A stretch of 47,547 bases of DNA, taken from Candidatus Micrarchaeaceae archaeon (lineage in GTDB: Archaea > Micrarchaeota > Micrarchaeia > Micrarchaeales > Micrarchaeaceae). Every line of letters begins with the position of its first letter. Positions within the stretch are counted from its first letter, which is position 1. The notes beneath the pieces were generated by a model. That model saw only the letters and a program-made list of their open reading frames with translations. It did no database searches and was not told the origin of the DNA. This document shows, piece after piece, positions 1 to 9,106 of this stretch. The position numbers were made by a program, and so were the translations under genes. The DNA is taken from contig DAIDAQ010000007.1 in NCBI GenBank assembly GCA_027310535.1, positions 1-47,547 on the forward strand, read 5' to 3'.

Positions 1-2
1 GG

Positions 3-332
3 ATAAAGTCGCGAATAGTTGGCTTGATGGCAGAGGATGTGGAAACGAGGAAAGATGCTGCAGGCCATGTCGTTGTGGAAGCCTACACGAAGACGTTCGG
101 CAAGTGGATGATGCTCGATGCAACGGCCAACACGGTTCCAACCAAGCATGGCAGGCCGCTTAATCTTATAGGGCTTAGGAAGGCGTTATCAACTAACGAC
201 AAGGGACTTAAATTCCTTAACATACCTAAAAAAGCCTGGAGATTAAGTACTCAACATGGCTGTTGCCATATCTGTTTTATCTCAGGGTGTGGTTCGGCAA
301 TAGGATCAACACTAAAGACAAAGGCGCGATGA
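3..332 (+). CDS. C-terminal fragment of a transglutaminase-like protein; the 5' end lies outside the window
   Basis: The frame is open from the window edge. GHVVVEAY...GKWMMLDAT resembles the His/Asp half of the transglutaminase core. Confidence 0.4.
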   Translation: MKSRIVGLMAEDVETRKDAAGHVVVEAYTKTFGKWMMLDATANTVPTKHGRPLNLIGLRKALSTNDKGLKFLNIPKKAWRLSTQHGCCHICFISGCGSAIGSTLKTKAR

Positions 333-460
333 GCATAATCCTTGGCCGTATCGGGTACAAAAAGCCCAGAGTATTCGAGAGGAAATTGCCGATAGATAAT
401 ACCATCTACACGACTTCAGTAACGGACTTCTATAAGGCACCCAAGAATTGATCGCGGCTG

Positions 461-1684
461 CTATTTTGAGTGCCTCTTGCAGAACCTGTTTATCCTGTTG
501 ATTGCCAGCTCCAGCTCCTTCTTAGGCGGCAGAGCAATCATGCGGAAGTGGCTCGGCGAGCCGAACCCGCTGCCCCGCACGACCTGCACGCATTCCTCCT
601 TTAGGAGCTTTGTCGTGAACCCCCTGTCGTCCTTGATTTTCAGGCCGTCCGTGCGGATTCTTGGGAAGATGTAGAAGGCCCCGTTCGGTTCGACTGTCTC
701 CAGGTGCCTGTTCTCCGCGAGAAGTTTCACCGCGTAGTTCACCCTGTCCTCTATGCCGTCGACCATCCTCTTGAGCTCTCTCTTGTGCTCTACCGCGTTG
801 GAGAGCGCCGCGGCGTACGCGTACTGCGCAGGGGTGCTGTTGCTTATCCTGACAGAGGCGAAGTTCGCGAATGCCTTCCTCAGTTCCATCGACCTCCTGT
901 CCGTCTCCGGTATGGCGGCAAACCCTATTCTGAACCCCGTTGCGTCGTAGTTCTTTGAGGCGCCGTTGAGGATCACATGCGGCATGCCCTTGGCCAGCCT
1001 CCCTATGCTGGTGAACGTCGCGTCGTTGTAAATTATCTCGTCGTAGATCTCGTCGCTCACGAGCAGTATGCCGTTCTCGTTCGCTATGTCCACGATCTCC
1101 TCGAGGATCGACCTCCTTAGGACAGTGCCCGTGGGGTTGTTCGGGTTCGTTACCAGCATGTACTTGACTTTCTTCAGCAGATTGCCCTGCTTCAGCCTCT
1201 TGATTGATTTCGTGACATGGTCGATCTCTATGTTCCACCTGTCGCTCTCGTTGTAGTTCTCGAATATTGGATAGCCGCCGGCCATCCTGAGCCACGGGAT
1301 GTAGACCGTGTAATAGGGCCTGAACAGTATCGCCCTGTCGCCCCTGCTTATCAGCGCCTCGTTGAGGGACCGCAACGCTCCCGAGACTCCTGCGGTGACT
1401 ATCACGCCCTCTGGATTGAGCGGCACTCCCTGCCGCCTATACTTCCTCATTATCGCCTCCCTGAGCTCGCCAACACCCGTGAACTCGGAATAGGAGGTCC
1501 TGCCCTGCCGAAGGGCCCTCACGTACGCGTCTATCATGTACTTGGGGGTCGGGAAATAGAGCGGAGGGTCGCCCTGGTTTAGCCTTATGACCCTCCTTCC
1601 TTTCCTCTCGAGCTGCTCTGCTATTCTGTTCTCCTCGTGCAGCGCGTTCTCCGCGTGCTTCGCCCTCTCTGCAAGGAATGCCAT
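461..1684 (-). CDS. PLP-dependent class I/II aminotransferase (aspartate/alanine aminotransferase type)
   Basis: 407-aa ORF with NPNNPTG, SDEIYDEIIY and the lysine motif SKNYDATGFRIGF typical of fold-type I aminotransferases. Confidence 0.9.
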   Translation of the reverse strand: MAFLAERAKHAENALHEENRIAEQLERKGRRVIRLNQGDPPLYFPTPKYMIDAYVRALRQGRTSYSEFTGVGELREAIMRKYRRQGVPLNPEGVIVTAGVSGALRSLNEALISRGDRAILFRPYYTVYIPWLRMAGGYPIFENYNESDRWNIEIDHVTKSIKRLKQGNLLKKVKYMLVTNPNNPTGTVLRRSILEEIVDIANENGILLVSDEIYDEIIYNDATFTSIGRLAKGMPHVILNGASKNYDATGFRIGFAAIPETDRRSMELRKAFANFASVRISNSTPAQYAYAAALSNAVEHKRELKRMVDGIEDRVNYAVKLLAENRHLETVEPNGAFYIFPRIRTDGLKIKDDRGFTTKLLKEECVQVVRGSGFGSPSHFRMIALPPKKELELAINRINRFCKRHSK

Positions 1685-1690
1685 GACTCC

Positions 1691-2068
1691 TCACTTCACA
1701 ATCTTGGCTCCGCTCGGCATTATCCTCTCGAAGTCCCTGTCGGAAGTAACGAGCGCCTCGCCGTTCGCCATTGCTATTGCCGCTATGAGTATGTCTGCGT
1801 CATCCGCAGTACCCTTCCTCTTCCTCAGCTTCTTGTACAGCTCCACCGCGATGGCGGTCGACTTCGCGTCCATGTAGTATATGTTGAAGCTGTCAAGCAG
1901 TACCCCGAGCAATTCCTCAGCCTTTCCCTCTGCCCCGCGATAGAGCTCATACTCGTTTATGCACGTTATGGAGAATCTCTCCTTGCCCATGTACGAGTTG
2001 ATCGCGTCCACTGACCTCTTCTCACCGTGTAGGTAGTTTATGATAACGCTGCTGTCCAGTATGACCAT
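1691..2068 (-). CDS. vapC: PIN-domain ribonuclease toxin VapC
   Basis: Starts MVILDSSVII. The acidic PIN residues are present (ILDSS, NEYEL, DADILIAA, TSDRDF). I chose the internal ATG at 2068, which leaves 7 nt after the antitoxin stop. Confidence 0.8.
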   Translation of the reverse strand: MVILDSSVIINYLHGEKRSVDAINSYMGKERFSITCINEYELYRGAEGKAEELLGVLLDSFNIYYMDAKSTAIAVELYKKLRKRKGTADDADILIAAIAMANGEALVTSDRDFERIMPSGAKIVK

Positions 2069-2075
2069 GGGATCA

Positions 2076-2303
2076 CTACAGTGTCGGCAGTTCCCTTCTG
2101 AAGCCGCTCTTCCTTCCATGTTCTATATCCTTGAGCCATGCACCCACGTCGCTGCCCTTAAGGGCGCCAGCGAAGACGCTTATGTCGCTCGATCTCCTGT
2201 ACGCGTCCAGCATCTCCGAGAGGAGCTTCGTGAACGACTCGCTGCCCTTGGCCTTGGATAGTTTCTCATAGAGGCTGTCGGATATCGCTATAACCTTCGC
2301 CAT
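2076..2303 (-). CDS. vapB: VapB-type antitoxin (archaeal putative-antitoxin / DUF217-like family)
   Basis: MAKVIAISDSLYEKLSKAKGSESFTKLLSEML matches the archaeal VapB antitoxin pattern. It lies directly upstream of the PIN gene. ATG at 2303 verified as the reverse complement of cat at 2301-2303. Confidence 0.75.
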   Translation of the reverse strand: MAKVIAISDSLYEKLSKAKGSESFTKLLSEMLDAYRRSSDISVFAGALKGSDVGAWLKDIEHGRKSGFRRELPTL

Positions 2304-2312
2304 CCTATCACT

Positions 2313-2342
2313 GTTTATATATAGTATAAATATATATAAAAA
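2313..2342 (-). promoter_or_regulatory. Archaeal TATA-box promoter of vapBC
   Basis: The minus strand reads TTTATATATATTTATACTATATATAAA about 10-40 nt upstream of the vapB ATG. Confidence 0.45.
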
Positions 2343-2389
2343 GCCTTCCATTACGGGACTGTGCCCAACAATTCCACTATTCAAAGTAA

Positions 2390-2414
2390 ACCCTAGGGCA
2401 TAAAGCCCTAGGGT
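2390..2414. repeat. Perfect 10-bp stem / 5-nt loop hairpin ACCCTAGGGC-ATAAA-GCCCTAGGGT
   Basis: Read directly from the sequence. Each arm also contains the palindrome CCCTAGGG. It ends 2 nt before the transposase-fragment ATG. Confidence 0.8.
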
Positions 2415-2416
2415 AC

Positions 2417-2750
2417 ATGATGAATTTAGCGATCACCACGTATGTAGACAAGAGGGATTGGAGAACTTATAACCGTATGTTAGTGGAGAGAGGTAGAACG
2501 TCTACGTATGTCAAGACTGCACTGGCTAACTATGAGGCAGACCTACCGCAGATGAATACGAGCAAAGTCGGAGCACCCTACTTGTATACAGACATGCTTG
2601 TAATTGCAGGCTACGCCGTCAAAATTATCTTCAAACTAGGTTACAGAGGTCCTGCAGGGAGACCTGTTCGTGAACTACACAGTTGGAGTGGGGGTGAACG
2701 CGACAAGATACCTGGTCCAGGTTACGACTGTCTGCGTGAAGGCCACGTGA
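2417..2750 (+). pseudogene. N-terminal fragment of an IS5-like DDE transposase (no catalytic domain)
   Basis: RDWRTYNRMLVERG ... GAPYLYTDMLVIAGYAVKIIFKLGYRG ... PGPGYDCLRE follows the conserved N-terminal pattern of archaeal IS5-type transposases. The ORF then runs antisense into the nth 3' end. Confidence 0.55.
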
Positions 2751-2751
2751 T

Positions 2752-3393
2752 TCACCTTGCGTCGCTCGAAGGGCAGATATCCTTCAGGACGCACTCCAGG
2801 CAGTACTTTCTCCTGGCGGTGCAGATGTCCCTCCCTAGCGCTATGAAGAGGTTGGAGACGTTCGCGTAGTCTTTCCGGTCGACCAGCTGCATGAGCCTCT
2901 GCTCTATGAACTTTGGGTCGTTCGTGTTCGCGATGCCGAGCCTGTTCGCCACGGTTATGCAGTGCGTGTCTATCGCTATGCCCTCGTGGATGCGGAACGC
3001 GTTGCCCAGGACCACGTTCGCGGTCTTGCGACCCACGCCAGGCAGCTTCACCATCTCCTCTATGGTCGTCGGGATCCTGCCGCCGTGCTCCCTGCTTATC
3101 AGCCTGGCGGTGGCGACTATGTTCTTCGCCTTTCTCTTGTACAGACCGAGCCTTCCGATGTACCTGTAGAGCTGGCTGGGCCTAAGCTTGACAAATTCTC
3201 TGGGTGTTCTGTAGGCCTTGAAGAGCAGCTTCGTTACCTTGTTGACCTGTGCATCTTGCGACTGAGCAGAAAGCATCGTTGCGACCAGCAACTCCCAAGA
3301 GCTGGTGTGTTCTAACGAAGTCTTCATTTCCCTTCTGTACCTGGCCTTGAGCCTCTTGATTACCACATCAACGAACACTCTTTTTTCCTCCAT
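2752..3393 (-). CDS. nth: Endonuclease III (HhH-GPD DNA glycosylase/AP lyase with a 4Fe-4S cluster)
   Basis: LPGVGRKTANVVL helix-hairpin-helix, IAIDTH motif and C-x6-C-x2-C-x5-C (CTARRKYCLECVLKDIC). ATG at 3393 is preferred over TTG at 3405. Confidence 0.9.
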   Translation of the reverse strand: MEEKRVFVDVVIKRLKARYRREMKTSLEHTSSWELLVATMLSAQSQDAQVNKVTKLLFKAYRTPREFVKLRPSQLYRYIGRLGLYKRKAKNIVATARLISREHGGRIPTTIEEMVKLPGVGRKTANVVLGNAFRIHEGIAIDTHCITVANRLGIANTNDPKFIEQRLMQLVDRKDYANVSNLFIALGRDICTARRKYCLECVLKDICPSSDAR

Positions 3394-3456
3394 GAGTTCA
3401 CCCAAGATGCCACTGCACGGTTTAAAGACTTTAAGGATTATAACTATTACTGTGGG

Positions 3457-4113
3457 GTGTGCGTGGCCAAACTTCTTTCAGAGAAGGAAGCAGAAGAGTT
3501 GATAAAGAGACTCGTGGAAATGTACAAGGACGCGAAGTACTACCTTAATTTCAAGACCCCTATAGACCTTGTAGCGGCAGCGATAATGTCGGTGCAGACT
3601 CTCGATGCGACTGTAAACAAGGCAACACCTATACTGTTTATGAAATACAAGACTGCAAATGACTACGCCAATGCAGACACCGAAGAATTGGCCTCTATTA
3701 TAGGAAGCGTCAGCTTCGCCGGCAACAAGGCGAAGAACATAATCAAGACGATGAAAGCCATACAGGAGGATTACAGTGGCAAGGTGCCAAACAGGATGGA
3801 TGAACTTGTCAAATTGCCGGGCATAGGGAGGAAGACAGCTAACACTATCTTGATCAATGCTTACGGAATCGTCGAAGGCATTCCAGTTGATACCTGGGTA
3901 ATAAGCCGCTCGTACAGATGGGGACTCAGCCTGAACAAAGATCCTGAAAAGGTAGAGCAGGATCTCATGAGAACGATCGACAGGAAACACTGGCACAACT
4001 GGGCGTATGTGGTCAAGACGCACGGTCGCACAATCTGCCAAACGGTCCCGATGTGCAGCAAGTGCCCCGTTAACAGGATATGCCCTAAGAACGGCGTTAA
4101 AAAGCAGTTCTGA
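3457..4113 (+). CDS. Second, divergent endonuclease III-family glycosylase
   Basis: LPGIGRKTANTIL, VDTW in place of DTH, and the cluster CQTVPMCSKCPVNRIC (C-x5-C-x2-C-x5-C). GTG start. Divergently transcribed from nth. Confidence 0.8.
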   Translation: MCVAKLLSEKEAEELIKRLVEMYKDAKYYLNFKTPIDLVAAAIMSVQTLDATVNKATPILFMKYKTANDYANADTEELASIIGSVSFAGNKAKNIIKTMKAIQEDYSGKVPNRMDELVKLPGIGRKTANTILINAYGIVEGIPVDTWVISRSYRWGLSLNKDPEKVEQDLMRTIDRKHWHNWAYVVKTHGRTICQTVPMCSKCPVNRICPKNGVKKQF

Positions 4114-4117
4114 TCGC

Positions 4118-5389
4118 ATGAAAGTAATAGCAGACCTGCAGATACACAGCAAGTACGCACGAGCGACCAGCAAGGACATAAGCCTCGAGAACCTCGAGCA
4201 CTATGCGAGGATAAAGGGGATCGATATGCTCGGCACTGCGGACTTCCAGCATCCTTTGTGGAATAGAGAACTGAAGAAAAAACTCAATGAGGACGATAGT
4301 GGGATACTGTGGAGCAAAACAGGTTTTCCTTTTATCTGGCAGACAGAGGTAAGTCTGATGTTCCAGCAGGGTGGTAAGAGCAGGGCTGTTCACTTGCTGC
4401 TCTATGCACCCAATACAGTTACGGCTGACAAAATAATCTCTTATCTCAGTAGCAAAGGCAGGTTGGATTACGATGGAAGGCCTATCTTTGGCATACCATG
4501 TAGAGATGTAGTCAAAGACCTGAAGGCTATAGACGACATGATAGAGATAATCTTTGCGCATTGCATGACACCGTATTTTGGGGTGTATGGAAGCAGATCT
4601 GGCTTTGATTCGATAGAAGAATGCTTAGGCGACCAGGTTGGAAAAGTCTATGCAGTTGAAAGCGGGATGAGTGCAGATCCGGGGATGCTGTGGAGATTTA
4701 AGGAAAAGGTCAACGTGGTCTCATTCAGCGATGCCCATTCCATGTGGCCGTGGAGAATAGGAAGGGAAGCTACAATATTCGAGGTTCCTAAGCCCACTTA
4801 TAGCAATGTAATTCACGCGATACGAACAGGCGAAGGGCTTTTGGGAACGATAGAGACACCGCCTGCCTATGGTAGGTACCATTGGGACGGCCATGCATCC
4901 TGTGAATTTTCCTGCCCGCCATCTGAGACCAAGAAGCTTGACGGGATATGCCCTAAGTGCAACAAAAGACTTACGATTGGCGTTGATTACAGAGTTGAGG
5001 AACTCGCAAAAGAACCAAGAGGTTACAAACCTAAGAATGCAAAGCCCTATTACCAACTGGTTCCTTTGCACGAGCTTATAGCCTTCCACTTGGGTACCAC
5101 GCTGCTGACCTCGAAGAAGGTTTGGGAGAAGTACAACAGGCTGATAGGCGCCTGCAAGACCGAGTTCAACGTCATGCTAGACGCCAGCGAGGAGGAGCTG
5201 AGGTGCGCTCTTCCGGATGACGAAGGGCTGGTCAAGCTCATTATACTCAACAGGGAGGGCAAGCTGCCTATACAACCTGGATATGATGGTGTTTATGGGA
5301 AGATAAACCTTCCAACCAGTGAACCTCGCCAGCCGGCCGCACCTCAAGGCAAGGAAAGCGGGCTATCACTCTTCATGCCAAAGGAGTGA
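4118..5389 (+). CDS. Endonuclease Q-like protein (PHP-domain nuclease with a Zn ribbon; COG1379 type)
   Basis: MKVIADLQIHSKYARATSKDISLENLEHYARIKGIDMLGTADFQHPLW (PHP N-terminus) and the C..C...CPKC zinc ribbon followed by LTIGVDYRVEEL. ATG at 4118, 4 nt after the preceding stop. Confidence 0.7.
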   Translation: MKVIADLQIHSKYARATSKDISLENLEHYARIKGIDMLGTADFQHPLWNRELKKKLNEDDSGILWSKTGFPFIWQTEVSLMFQQGGKSRAVHLLLYAPNTVTADKIISYLSSKGRLDYDGRPIFGIPCRDVVKDLKAIDDMIEIIFAHCMTPYFGVYGSRSGFDSIEECLGDQVGKVYAVESGMSADPGMLWRFKEKVNVVSFSDAHSMWPWRIGREATIFEVPKPTYSNVIHAIRTGEGLLGTIETPPAYGRYHWDGHASCEFSCPPSETKKLDGICPKCNKRLTIGVDYRVEELAKEPRGYKPKNAKPYYQLVPLHELIAFHLGTTLLTSKKVWEKYNRLIGACKTEFNVMLDASEEELRCALPDDEGLVKLIILNREGKLPIQPGYDGVYGKINLPTSEPRQPAAPQGKESGLSLFMPKE

Positions 5390-5461
5390 TTACCTTACGG
5401 CAGCAAATGCTACCTATTGCTATTAATTTTTATCCGTTTATACAAATAGGAGGGTGAAAAG

Positions 5462-6058
5462 ATGGAGAGCACGATAGACATCGGAGAGGCGGCGCCGGAG
5501 ATAGAGGCGCAGTGCTATTTCCCTGGCACGAAGGAAATCAAGCACTACAAGCTCAGCAAGGACAAGGGCAAGTGGGTTGTGTTGACCTTTTACCCAGGAG
5601 ATTTCACGTTCGTTTGTGCCACGGACGTTGAAGCGTTTACCGGACTATATAACGAGTTTAAAAAGAATAAGGCAGAGGTGTATGCGATCAGCACCGACAG
5701 CATCTTCTCCCACAAATCATGGGCAGAGACATCGCCAAGGGTGAAAGCGAGTAAGATACCGCTAATAGAGGACTTCACCAAAAGGACAACTGGGGAGTAT
5801 GGCTTCCTCAACAGGGCTACCGGCGCCGCCAGGCGGGGCACAGTGATAATCGACCCTGAAGGGAATGTCCAGTACATAGCTGTGCACAACGACGGACTTG
5901 GAAAGGATGCAGAGCACATCTTCACAGCATTCATGGGGTTGAAGACAGTGCATGACACACCCCCGGAAGCAGGCCATGTCTGCGCAATACCAGCAAATTG
6001 GAGGGTGGGCAAGAAAACCCTTGACATTGATGTGCAGAAAGATATCGGGAAGCTCTGA
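5462..6058 (+). CDS. Peroxiredoxin (AhpC/TSA family, 2-Cys type)
   Basis: FYPGDFTFVCATD peroxidatic-Cys motif and a C-terminal HVCAIPANW resolving-Cys motif. GGAGGGTGA Shine-Dalgarno-like sequence upstream. Confidence 0.9.
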   Translation: MESTIDIGEAAPEIEAQCYFPGTKEIKHYKLSKDKGKWVVLTFYPGDFTFVCATDVEAFTGLYNEFKKNKAEVYAISTDSIFSHKSWAETSPRVKASKIPLIEDFTKRTTGEYGFLNRATGAARRGTVIIDPEGNVQYIAVHNDGLGKDAEHIFTAFMGLKTVHDTPPEAGHVCAIPANWRVGKKTLDIDVQKDIGKL

Positions 6059-6275
6059 CTCAATTGCGTAATGCAACTCCCTGTGATCACCATTCGGGTC
6101 TCCCCCTGGGCACATACAGAGCCGCTTTTTACCTGCAAGTTCGCGGCATGAAAATATACGCAACCTGCATTTTGCTTGCAGACAGGTCCATAGGCTCTCC
6201 ATGCCTTCTGTGGATGCAAAGCACATGGCACAGAAAGGTATAGAAATGCTGTAATCTTAATATTGGTGGATCCTG

Positions 6276-7004
6276 ATGGACTCAACAATCGTGCTGCTAG
6301 CGCTCGCAACCTTTGCATCCACGCTCATAGGGGGCACAATAGCTATAAGGCTAAGAAAAGTGTTGCACTACTTCTTCGCCTTCTCAGCTGGGGCTCTCGT
6401 CGCAGTGGCGTTCCTCGATCTGCTTCCCGAGAGCATAAGCACAGCGCAGAACCTAAACTTTCCTATAAGATACGTGCTCATGGTAGCGGTGCTCTCGTTC
6501 TTCGTGTACAATATGATAGAGCGGGCCTTCGCGACCCACCATATTGACAAAGAAGAGAAGGACAAGGAGCACAGCCACATAATGGGTCCGATAGGGGCTG
6601 GGGGCCTGGTAATCCACAGCTTCCTTGACGGTGTCGCGATCGGCAGTGCCTTCTCCCTAAGCCCAGTCGCTGGGGTGATAGTCGCATTTGCAGTCATATC
6701 GCACGACTTTACTGACGGGATAAACACGATCGTAGTAATGCTGAAGAACAGTGGTACGACAAGGAGCGCAAAACTGTTTCTGGTGATGGACGCGGTAGCG
6801 CCTCTGCTTGGGGTGGCAATAATCTCGCAGTTCACCATAAGCCCCATTGTACTGTCAGTGATACTTGCAATATTCGTCGGCGAGTTCATTTACCTTGGAG
6901 CATCAAACATACTGCCCGAGACCAGAAGGCATACCCCATGGAAGATGATGCTGCTTATGGCTGTTGGCATTGCAACAGTGGCTATCCTGACGTCTTTCAT
7001 TTGA
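6276..7004 (+). CDS. ZIP-family divalent metal (Zn/Fe) transporter
   Basis: Multi-TM protein with HSFLDGVAIG, ISHDFTDG and GEFIYLGASNILPE motifs typical of ZupT/ZIP. Confidence 0.85.
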   Translation: MDSTIVLLALATFASTLIGGTIAIRLRKVLHYFFAFSAGALVAVAFLDLLPESISTAQNLNFPIRYVLMVAVLSFFVYNMIERAFATHHIDKEEKDKEHSHIMGPIGAGGLVIHSFLDGVAIGSAFSLSPVAGVIVAFAVISHDFTDGINTIVVMLKNSGTTRSAKLFLVMDAVAPLLGVAIISQFTISPIVLSVILAIFVGEFIYLGASNILPETRRHTPWKMMLLMAVGIATVAILTSFI

Positions 7005-7034
7005 CTGCCCGCCGGCCGTTTGCTTTATGGACGT

Positions 7035-7706
7035 TCAGGCAGAAGCCTTTATCTTCAGCGCCTCTACGTTCTTCATCCTATTTACGCTTGTTAGCGCACG
7101 ATAAGCGGCAAGGACGGTGTTATACTTCGATCTCGTCCTCCCCTTCGAGAAGCTCCAGACATCCCTCAACCCCACGAGCTCCAGCATCTTCTTGAGCGGC
7201 CCGCTCGCGACAATGCCCAGGCCTTTCGGCGCTGGCTTGAAAGTGACCTCCACGCTGCCGCACTTGCCTTTCACTGTTATCGGGAGGCTGTGCTCTGTGC
7301 CGCACTGGCACTGCCATGAGCCGCATCCAAAGACAACCGGCGCTATGTTCCTTTTGGCATTCGTTATTGCGGAGTCGATGGCGGCCTTTACTTCGACGTC
7401 CTTCCCTGAGCCGACCCCAACGTGCCCCTTTCCGTCGCCTACTACTGCAGTGACCCTGAACTTCGCCTTGCGGTTGTTCTTAGTCATCCTCTGAACGTTC
7501 ATTATCTCAATGACTTCGCTCTTGAGGCCCGGAAGCAGGGCCTCTGCAATCCCCTTCTCTTCTATCTTGTGCCCCTGGTGGAAGATCTGCTCGATGGACG
7601 TTATCTCGCGTGCCTTCACTTTCTTCCCAACCTCGGTTACGGGGTTCCAGTGCTCGATGTCAAACGGTGCCTCTTCCTCATATCTCCGCTCTCTTCTGTA
7701 TTCCAA
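7035..7706 (-). CDS. rps5: 30S ribosomal protein S5 (uS5)
   Basis: Sequence similarity and its position after L18 in the conserved operon order. Confidence 0.9.
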   Translation of the reverse strand: MEYRRERRYEEEAPFDIEHWNPVTEVGKKVKAREITSIEQIFHQGHKIEEKGIAEALLPGLKSEVIEIMNVQRMTKNNRKAKFRVTAVVGDGKGHVGVGSGKDVEVKAAIDSAITNAKRNIAPVVFGCGSWQCQCGTEHSLPITVKGKCGSVEVTFKPAPKGLGIVASGPLKKMLELVGLRDVWSFSKGRTRSKYNTVLAAYRALTSVNRMKNVEALKIKASA

Positions 7707-7710
7707 AGTA

Positions 7711-8196
7711 TCACCTACTTATCGCGCCGATCGCCTTCTCAAACAGCTCGATGATATCGCCATGTTTAGAGTGCACCGAAATGTGTGCACCCTTTATCCT
7801 TTTCTCGTCAAACTCTATGTTGTTTTTTATCTTGAGGCCGTTGTCAGCCGCGCCCTTTGCAGCGGCAAACAGGATAGAAGCTTTTGAAGGCTTCCTAAGC
7901 CCTATGTCAAGCACGCACTCCCCGAGGTTGAGCTTGCCAGCCTTCCTCGCAAGCAACTTCCCTGTAAGGTATGCAGTTGGAGTGTTCCTTTTTGCCGGCC
8001 AGTTGAACTCCTTCAGCTCTGACGAATGCGCTGAGGCGACCACCTTGTCTCCGTCCCTATCATATATTATTACCTGGGCTGTTATGCTCCTGTTCGAGCG
8101 CCTGACCACGACCCTCGGGAGCCTGCCCTGGAGGAGTGCAGCGCTCTTTATATAGTTCGTCCTTCCCTCCCTTCTCCTTCTTCTTATCGTGTGCAT
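7711..8196 (-). CDS. rpl18: 50S ribosomal protein L18 (uL18)
   Basis: N-terminus MHTIRRRRREGRTNY plus operon position. Confidence 0.9.
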   Translation of the reverse strand: MHTIRRRRREGRTNYIKSAALLQGRLPRVVVRRSNRSITAQVIIYDRDGDKVVASAHSSELKEFNWPAKRNTPTAYLTGKLLARKAGKLNLGECVLDIGLRKPSKASILFAAAKGAADNGLKIKNNIEFDEKRIKGAHISVHSKHGDIIELFEKAIGAISR

Positions 8197-8200
8197 ATTA

Positions 8201-8671
8201 TCACAGTTTCTTCAGCTCTGCAGCCCTCTCGTCGGCGATCTTCACGCCTCCGCGTATGTGGTTTATCATTGACATCTTTGTCTGGAATGTACCACCCTTA
8301 ACCAGTGCATAATACCTCTTGAACGTTGCGTTGTTTATCTCGCCGCTCTTTTTGAGCGCCTTGAGGACCCTTCTCTGCGCGCGCACCTTCTTCTTATAGC
8401 TGTAGCCCGTCCTTGCGTTGCTTGTCCCCTTCCTCCTGCCATGGCCACGTGACCTTCCCATACGCCTCTTCTCCCTAAGCTCTTTCCCGTGGAGGCTCGC
8501 ATTCTTCTTGGCAGGCAGGGCGTAGATCTTGCCCGCCTTCACAAGCTCCCTGACATCATCCTTTGTCAGTGCCTTCTTCGCATCCCCGAGCGAGCCTTCA
8601 GCTATCCTTACACTGCTGACTCCCCTCTTCAGCAGCGCGGCCGCCGCCCTCTTTGTAAGCTTAATGCTCAT
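8201..8671 (-). CDS. rpl19e: 50S ribosomal protein L19e
   Basis: MSIKLTKRAAAALLKRGVSSVRI..., a basic C-terminal half, and operon position. Confidence 0.9.
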   Translation of the reverse strand: MSIKLTKRAAAALLKRGVSSVRIAEGSLGDAKKALTKDDVRELVKAGKIYALPAKKNASLHGKELREKRRMGRSRGHGRRKGTSNARTGYSYKKKVRAQRRVLKALKKSGEINNATFKRYYALVKGGTFQTKMSMINHIRGGVKIADERAAELKKL

Positions 8672-9101
8672 TTCCTACACCTTTTGCTGCCATCCCCTTT
8701 TCAGCATCGCCTTTGTTGGCAGGCTCTTCTTTCTGCCTGCCGTGGTTTGCTATCCCTATCCCGTACTTCCTTGAGGCCTCTACTATCGACAGCCTTTTCC
8801 TCTTTGAGACAGAGTGTGCTATGATTGCATCGTGCGTCTTATCCATTCCACTGCTGCGGATGGCTTCGATGTCGGCCACGTTGTGCACAAGCGTCAGTCT
8901 CTTCCCGCTGAGCCTTACGTGCCTTACCTCCTCAGGGTTCCTGTAGCCTATTGTTGGCTCTGCACCCATAAACGCCTTCTTGACCCTCTTCTTGTTGTCG
9001 ATCCCCCTCTGCTTCCTCCATCTCTCCTTGACGCGCTTCCTGCTCTTCGTGCCATAGTTTGGTACGTTGAATTTCGGATGTGCTTTCTTCTTTGCTAGCA
9101 T
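8661..9101 (-). CDS. rpl32e: 50S ribosomal protein L32e
   Basis: KKKAHPKFNVPNYGTKSRKRVKERWRKQRGIDNKKR. ATG at 9101 is preferred over GTG at 9110. Confidence 0.88.
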   Translation of the reverse strand: MLAKKKAHPKFNVPNYGTKSRKRVKERWRKQRGIDNKKRVKKAFMGAEPTIGYRNPEEVRHVRLSGKRLTLVHNVADIEAIRSSGMDKTHDAIIAHSVSKRKRLSIVEASRKYGIGIANHGRQKEEPANKGDAEKGMAAKGVGNEH

Positions 9102-9106
9102 GAATA

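Noticed and set aside
4007-4117. 37-codon N-terminal extension of the EndoQ-like ORF.
   Set aside because: It overlaps the 3' end of the second nth gene in another frame. The conserved PHP N-terminus (MKVIADLQIHS) starts at the ATG at 4118.
6059-6275. 217-nt spacer between the peroxiredoxin and ZIP genes, containing an inverted repeat CTGCAAG…CTTGCAG. Considered as a possible small RNA or Cys-rich micro-ORF.
   Set aside because: I could identify no C/D-box, tRNA-like or other RNA signature and no convincing ORF. It is left unannotated.
5590-6318. 242-aa minus-strand ORF overlapping the peroxiredoxin gene and the following spacer.
   Set aside because: It is antisense to a well-supported peroxiredoxin, has no motifs and has a shadow-ORF composition.
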